A DNA stretch of 64,000 nucleotides from Squalus acanthias. Lineage: Eukaryota. The notes beneath the pieces were generated by a model that saw only the letters and a list, made by a program, of their open reading frames with translations, did not search any database and was not told where the DNA came from. Below, piece after piece: positions 61,215 to 64,000 of this stretch. Where the stretch lies: NCBI GenBank assembly GCA_030390025.1, contig JASTWF010000366.1, positions 186,001-250,000 on the forward strand, given 5' to 3'. Every line of letters begins with the position of its first letter. Within the stretch, counting starts at the first letter, position 1. The translations under genes and the position numbers were made by a program.

Positions 61215-63025
61215 GGGATCTAATTTGGATAGCCCCCGAAAACGGGCACTGGGATCGCGATGCGCGATTACCCTGTGCCCGTTCAATGTAATGGAGGCAG
61301 CACGCCATATTTGTGCTGGCTGCTCATTATAATGATTGCTGCGTGCAGCCAACACTAAACACACTGTTCATTGGCTGCATGCATCAGCAGGGGGCCCAAT
61401 ATTGTTACTTGCTGGTACTTAAAGTTAGCCTGCACCTTTTAAAGGGGAGGTGCATTGTGGCTGCTGGAGGTGCTGACATCAATCGGAATAGTGCTGTGCA
61501 ACAAACAACAATGGCTGACCATGGGAGAGAGCATGGACCAAAGTATTCGGATGCTGCACTGGAAGTCCTGGTGGAGGAGCTGGAAAGGAGGAGCGATGTC
61601 CTGTATCCGCAGGGGGGCAGGAGGCCCTCCAGACATGGTGAGAAGGCAGTGGGAACAGATAGCCGCAGAGGTCAATTCCAGGAGTTTAGCCTGAGGACCT
61701 GGATGCAGTGCCACAAGAAGTTCAATGACCTCGCACGAGTGGTCAAGGTCAGTGAATGCATCTTCAAATGCCATATCCTACCAACTGCACCACTAGCCTC
61801 AGCCACTGCTCAATTCACCACACCCTCATCACTCACCTACCAACAATTTCTATCAATCAGGATTCATACCTAACATTCATATGCTACCTCACCCTCACAC
61901 ACTTAGCACTGTTGCAAGCCTCACACCCACATCTCACAGCTTTCACACACTGCCAGCTATACAACCATGACAGCCACATCACCCAAACATATTGCACGAC
62001 ACTCACTGACACACTACCCTCTCTCTTGCAGGACAAGGTGGCGCACAACTGGAGGCAGCAGGAACCACCGGAGGTGGAGTGGTATGCCTGCATGTTCTAA
62101 CCCCCATGGAGGAGACACTGCTGGCCATTATTGGAAGGACCATTGCTGAGGCCATGGCCAGCAGCGAGGCTGAATCCATTGAAGATGATGATATCCTCAT
62201 ACCTAATCCTCCTTCCAACATCCCACTTCCCCATCATCCCACAATCTCTTCTGACTTACAAGCTGCAGATGGTGTAAGCATGCACCTCTTATTTTCCCGT
62301 TCCCCTCACCTCAACCTTACCCTTGTCCCTTTCAAATACCCAAGAAGTGCAACCTAGCCAGGTAATGGAGGATGACCAAGAAGACAGTGATGATGAAGAC
62401 ACACCATCATTTGATTTCACACTCGCAGCCACCAACTCAGATACTGACACTGCGCATATCTTAAGAGGATATCATAGAGGCGGGATCTGCACGTGGCGAG
62501 ACACCAGGCACAAGTGCGCTGCAGCCAGGGCAGGGGCAAGGATAGCATAGGTGCCAGCTCACCAGAGGCGAGATTACACAAGTTCTGCTGCAGAGGATTC
62601 AGATGAGGACTTCGATGGGCCAGGCTACAGAAGAAGGCTGATGGTTATGCACAATGAAATGCTGGTACCTTGGGAAGCCTGCCAGAAAGCTGGCCTTCAA
62701 TTTGAAGGAACATGGAGGAGTCCGGCACCAACTTGGCACTTGGCTTTGCGTAGAGCTTGGAGCCCATTCTTTCCAGCATGGAACTGGTGGCCAACTCCAT
62801 CAACACACTTGTGGACCCAACTATGATGCAGCGTCTGATGGCTGATGTCTCAGCTTCCATTGCAGCACAACCAGCTTCCACCAAAAGTCTGAGTGCTGTC
62901 GTGGAAGCTCAGACTGATATCATGCAAGATCAGGTTGTTGTCATGCAAGCTCAGACTACTGCCATCATGGCTGTGGATACCAGTGTTCAAAAGGGCTTTC
63001 AGGGTGTCACAGCTGTCCAGCAATC
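61215..63025 (+). mobile_element. PIF/Harbinger left part with a decayed multi-exon Myb/SANT gene
   Basis: Terminus GGGATCTAATTT. Exon 61511-61747 (PKYSDAALEVLVEE...WEQIA.EVN...RTWMQC.KKFNDL, with a frameshift and a stop). Next exon from 62032 (DKVAHN...TGGG...LTPMEE..L.IIG). Acidic and coiled-coil remnants follow. Confidence 0.78.
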
Positions 63026-63027
63026 TT

Positions 63028-64000
63028 ATTTTTTATTCGTTCCTGGGATGTGGGCATCGCTGGCAAGGCCAGCATTTATTGCCCAACCCTAATTACCTTG
63101 AGAAGGTGGTGGTGAGCCGCCTTCTTGAACCACTGCAGTCTGTGTGGTGAAGGTACTCCCACAGTGCTGTTAGGGAGGGAGTTCCAGGATTTTGACCCAG
63201 CGACGATGAAGGAATGGCGATATAGTTCCAAGTCAGGATGGTTTGTAACTTGGAGGGGAACTTGCAGGTGATGGTGTTCCCGTGCACCTGCTGCCCTTGT
63301 CCTTCTAGATGGTAGAGGTCATGGGTTTGGGAGGTGCTGTCGAAGAAGCCTTGGCAAGTTACTGCAATGCATCTTGTAGATGGTACACACTGCAGCCACG
63401 GTGCGTTGGTGGTGGAGGGAGTGAATGTTTACGGTGGTGAATGGGGTGCCAATCAAGCGGGCTGCTTTGTCCTGGATGGTGTCGAGCTACTTGAGTATTG
63501 TTGGAGCTGCACTCATCCAGGCAAGTGGAGAGTATTCCATCACACTCCTGACTTGGACCTTGTAGATGGTGGAAAGGCTTTGGGGAATCAGGAGGTGAGA
63601 CACTTGCCACAGAATACCCAGCCTCTGACCTGCTCTTGTAGCCACAGTATTTATGTGGCTGGTCCAGTTAAGTTTCTGGTCAACGGTGACCCCCCCAGGA
63701 TTTTGATGGTGGGGGATTCGGCGATGGTAATGCCGTTGAATGTCAGGGGGCAGTGGTTAGACTCTCTCTTGTTGGAGATAGTCATTGCCTGGTACTTGTG
63801 TGGCGCGAATGTTACTTGCCACTTATCAGCCCAAGCCTGAATGTTGTCCAGGTCTTGCTGCATGCGGGCATGGACTGCTTCATTATCTGGGGAGTTGTGA
63901 ATGGAACTGAACATTGTGCAATCATCAGTGAACATCCCCACTTCTGACCTTATGATGGAGGGAATGTCATTGATGAAGCAGCTGAAGATGGTTGGGCCTA
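63028..64000 (-). mobile_element. CR1/L2-group LINE 3' part running off the window
   Basis: RT C-terminal peptide MFTDDCT...QQDLDNIQAWADKWQVTF and the shared 3' tail with an A-rich end at about 63030. Confidence 0.85.

Overview
Repeat-rich vertebrate DNA, most likely from a cartilaginous fish (shark-type DeuSINE, CR1, Penelope and Harbinger repeats; inferred from repeat content). The host gene is an ATG4C-like autophagy cysteine protease on the minus strand. Four coding exons with consistent splice phases are visible (26815-26890, 21973-22056, 9188-9421, 2607-2958), the 3' exons lie left of the window, and a CpG-rich probable promoter sits near 46.0-46.3 kb. Most of the rest is nested mobile DNA: many CR1 LINEs (one full length, one with an uninterrupted ORF2), a Ty3/Gypsy LTR element, a solo LTR, Penelope-like elements with hammerhead ribozyme cores, an RTE fragment, PIF/Harbinger remnants and MITEs, and L2 and SINE copies. 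Four signals stand out. (1) Three different CR1 subfamilies carry a T TTA AAC slippery heptamer at the ORF1 stop with ORF2 open in the -1 frame. (2) The Gypsy element has no tRNA PBS but an 11-nt PBS complementary to its own LTR, suggesting self-priming. (3) A Penelope palindrome with 91-bp arms carries a hammerhead core on each strand. (4) A patchwork segment is built from pieces found elsewhere in this locus. Coordinates were read by eye, and repeat boundaries without TSD or TIR support are approximate.
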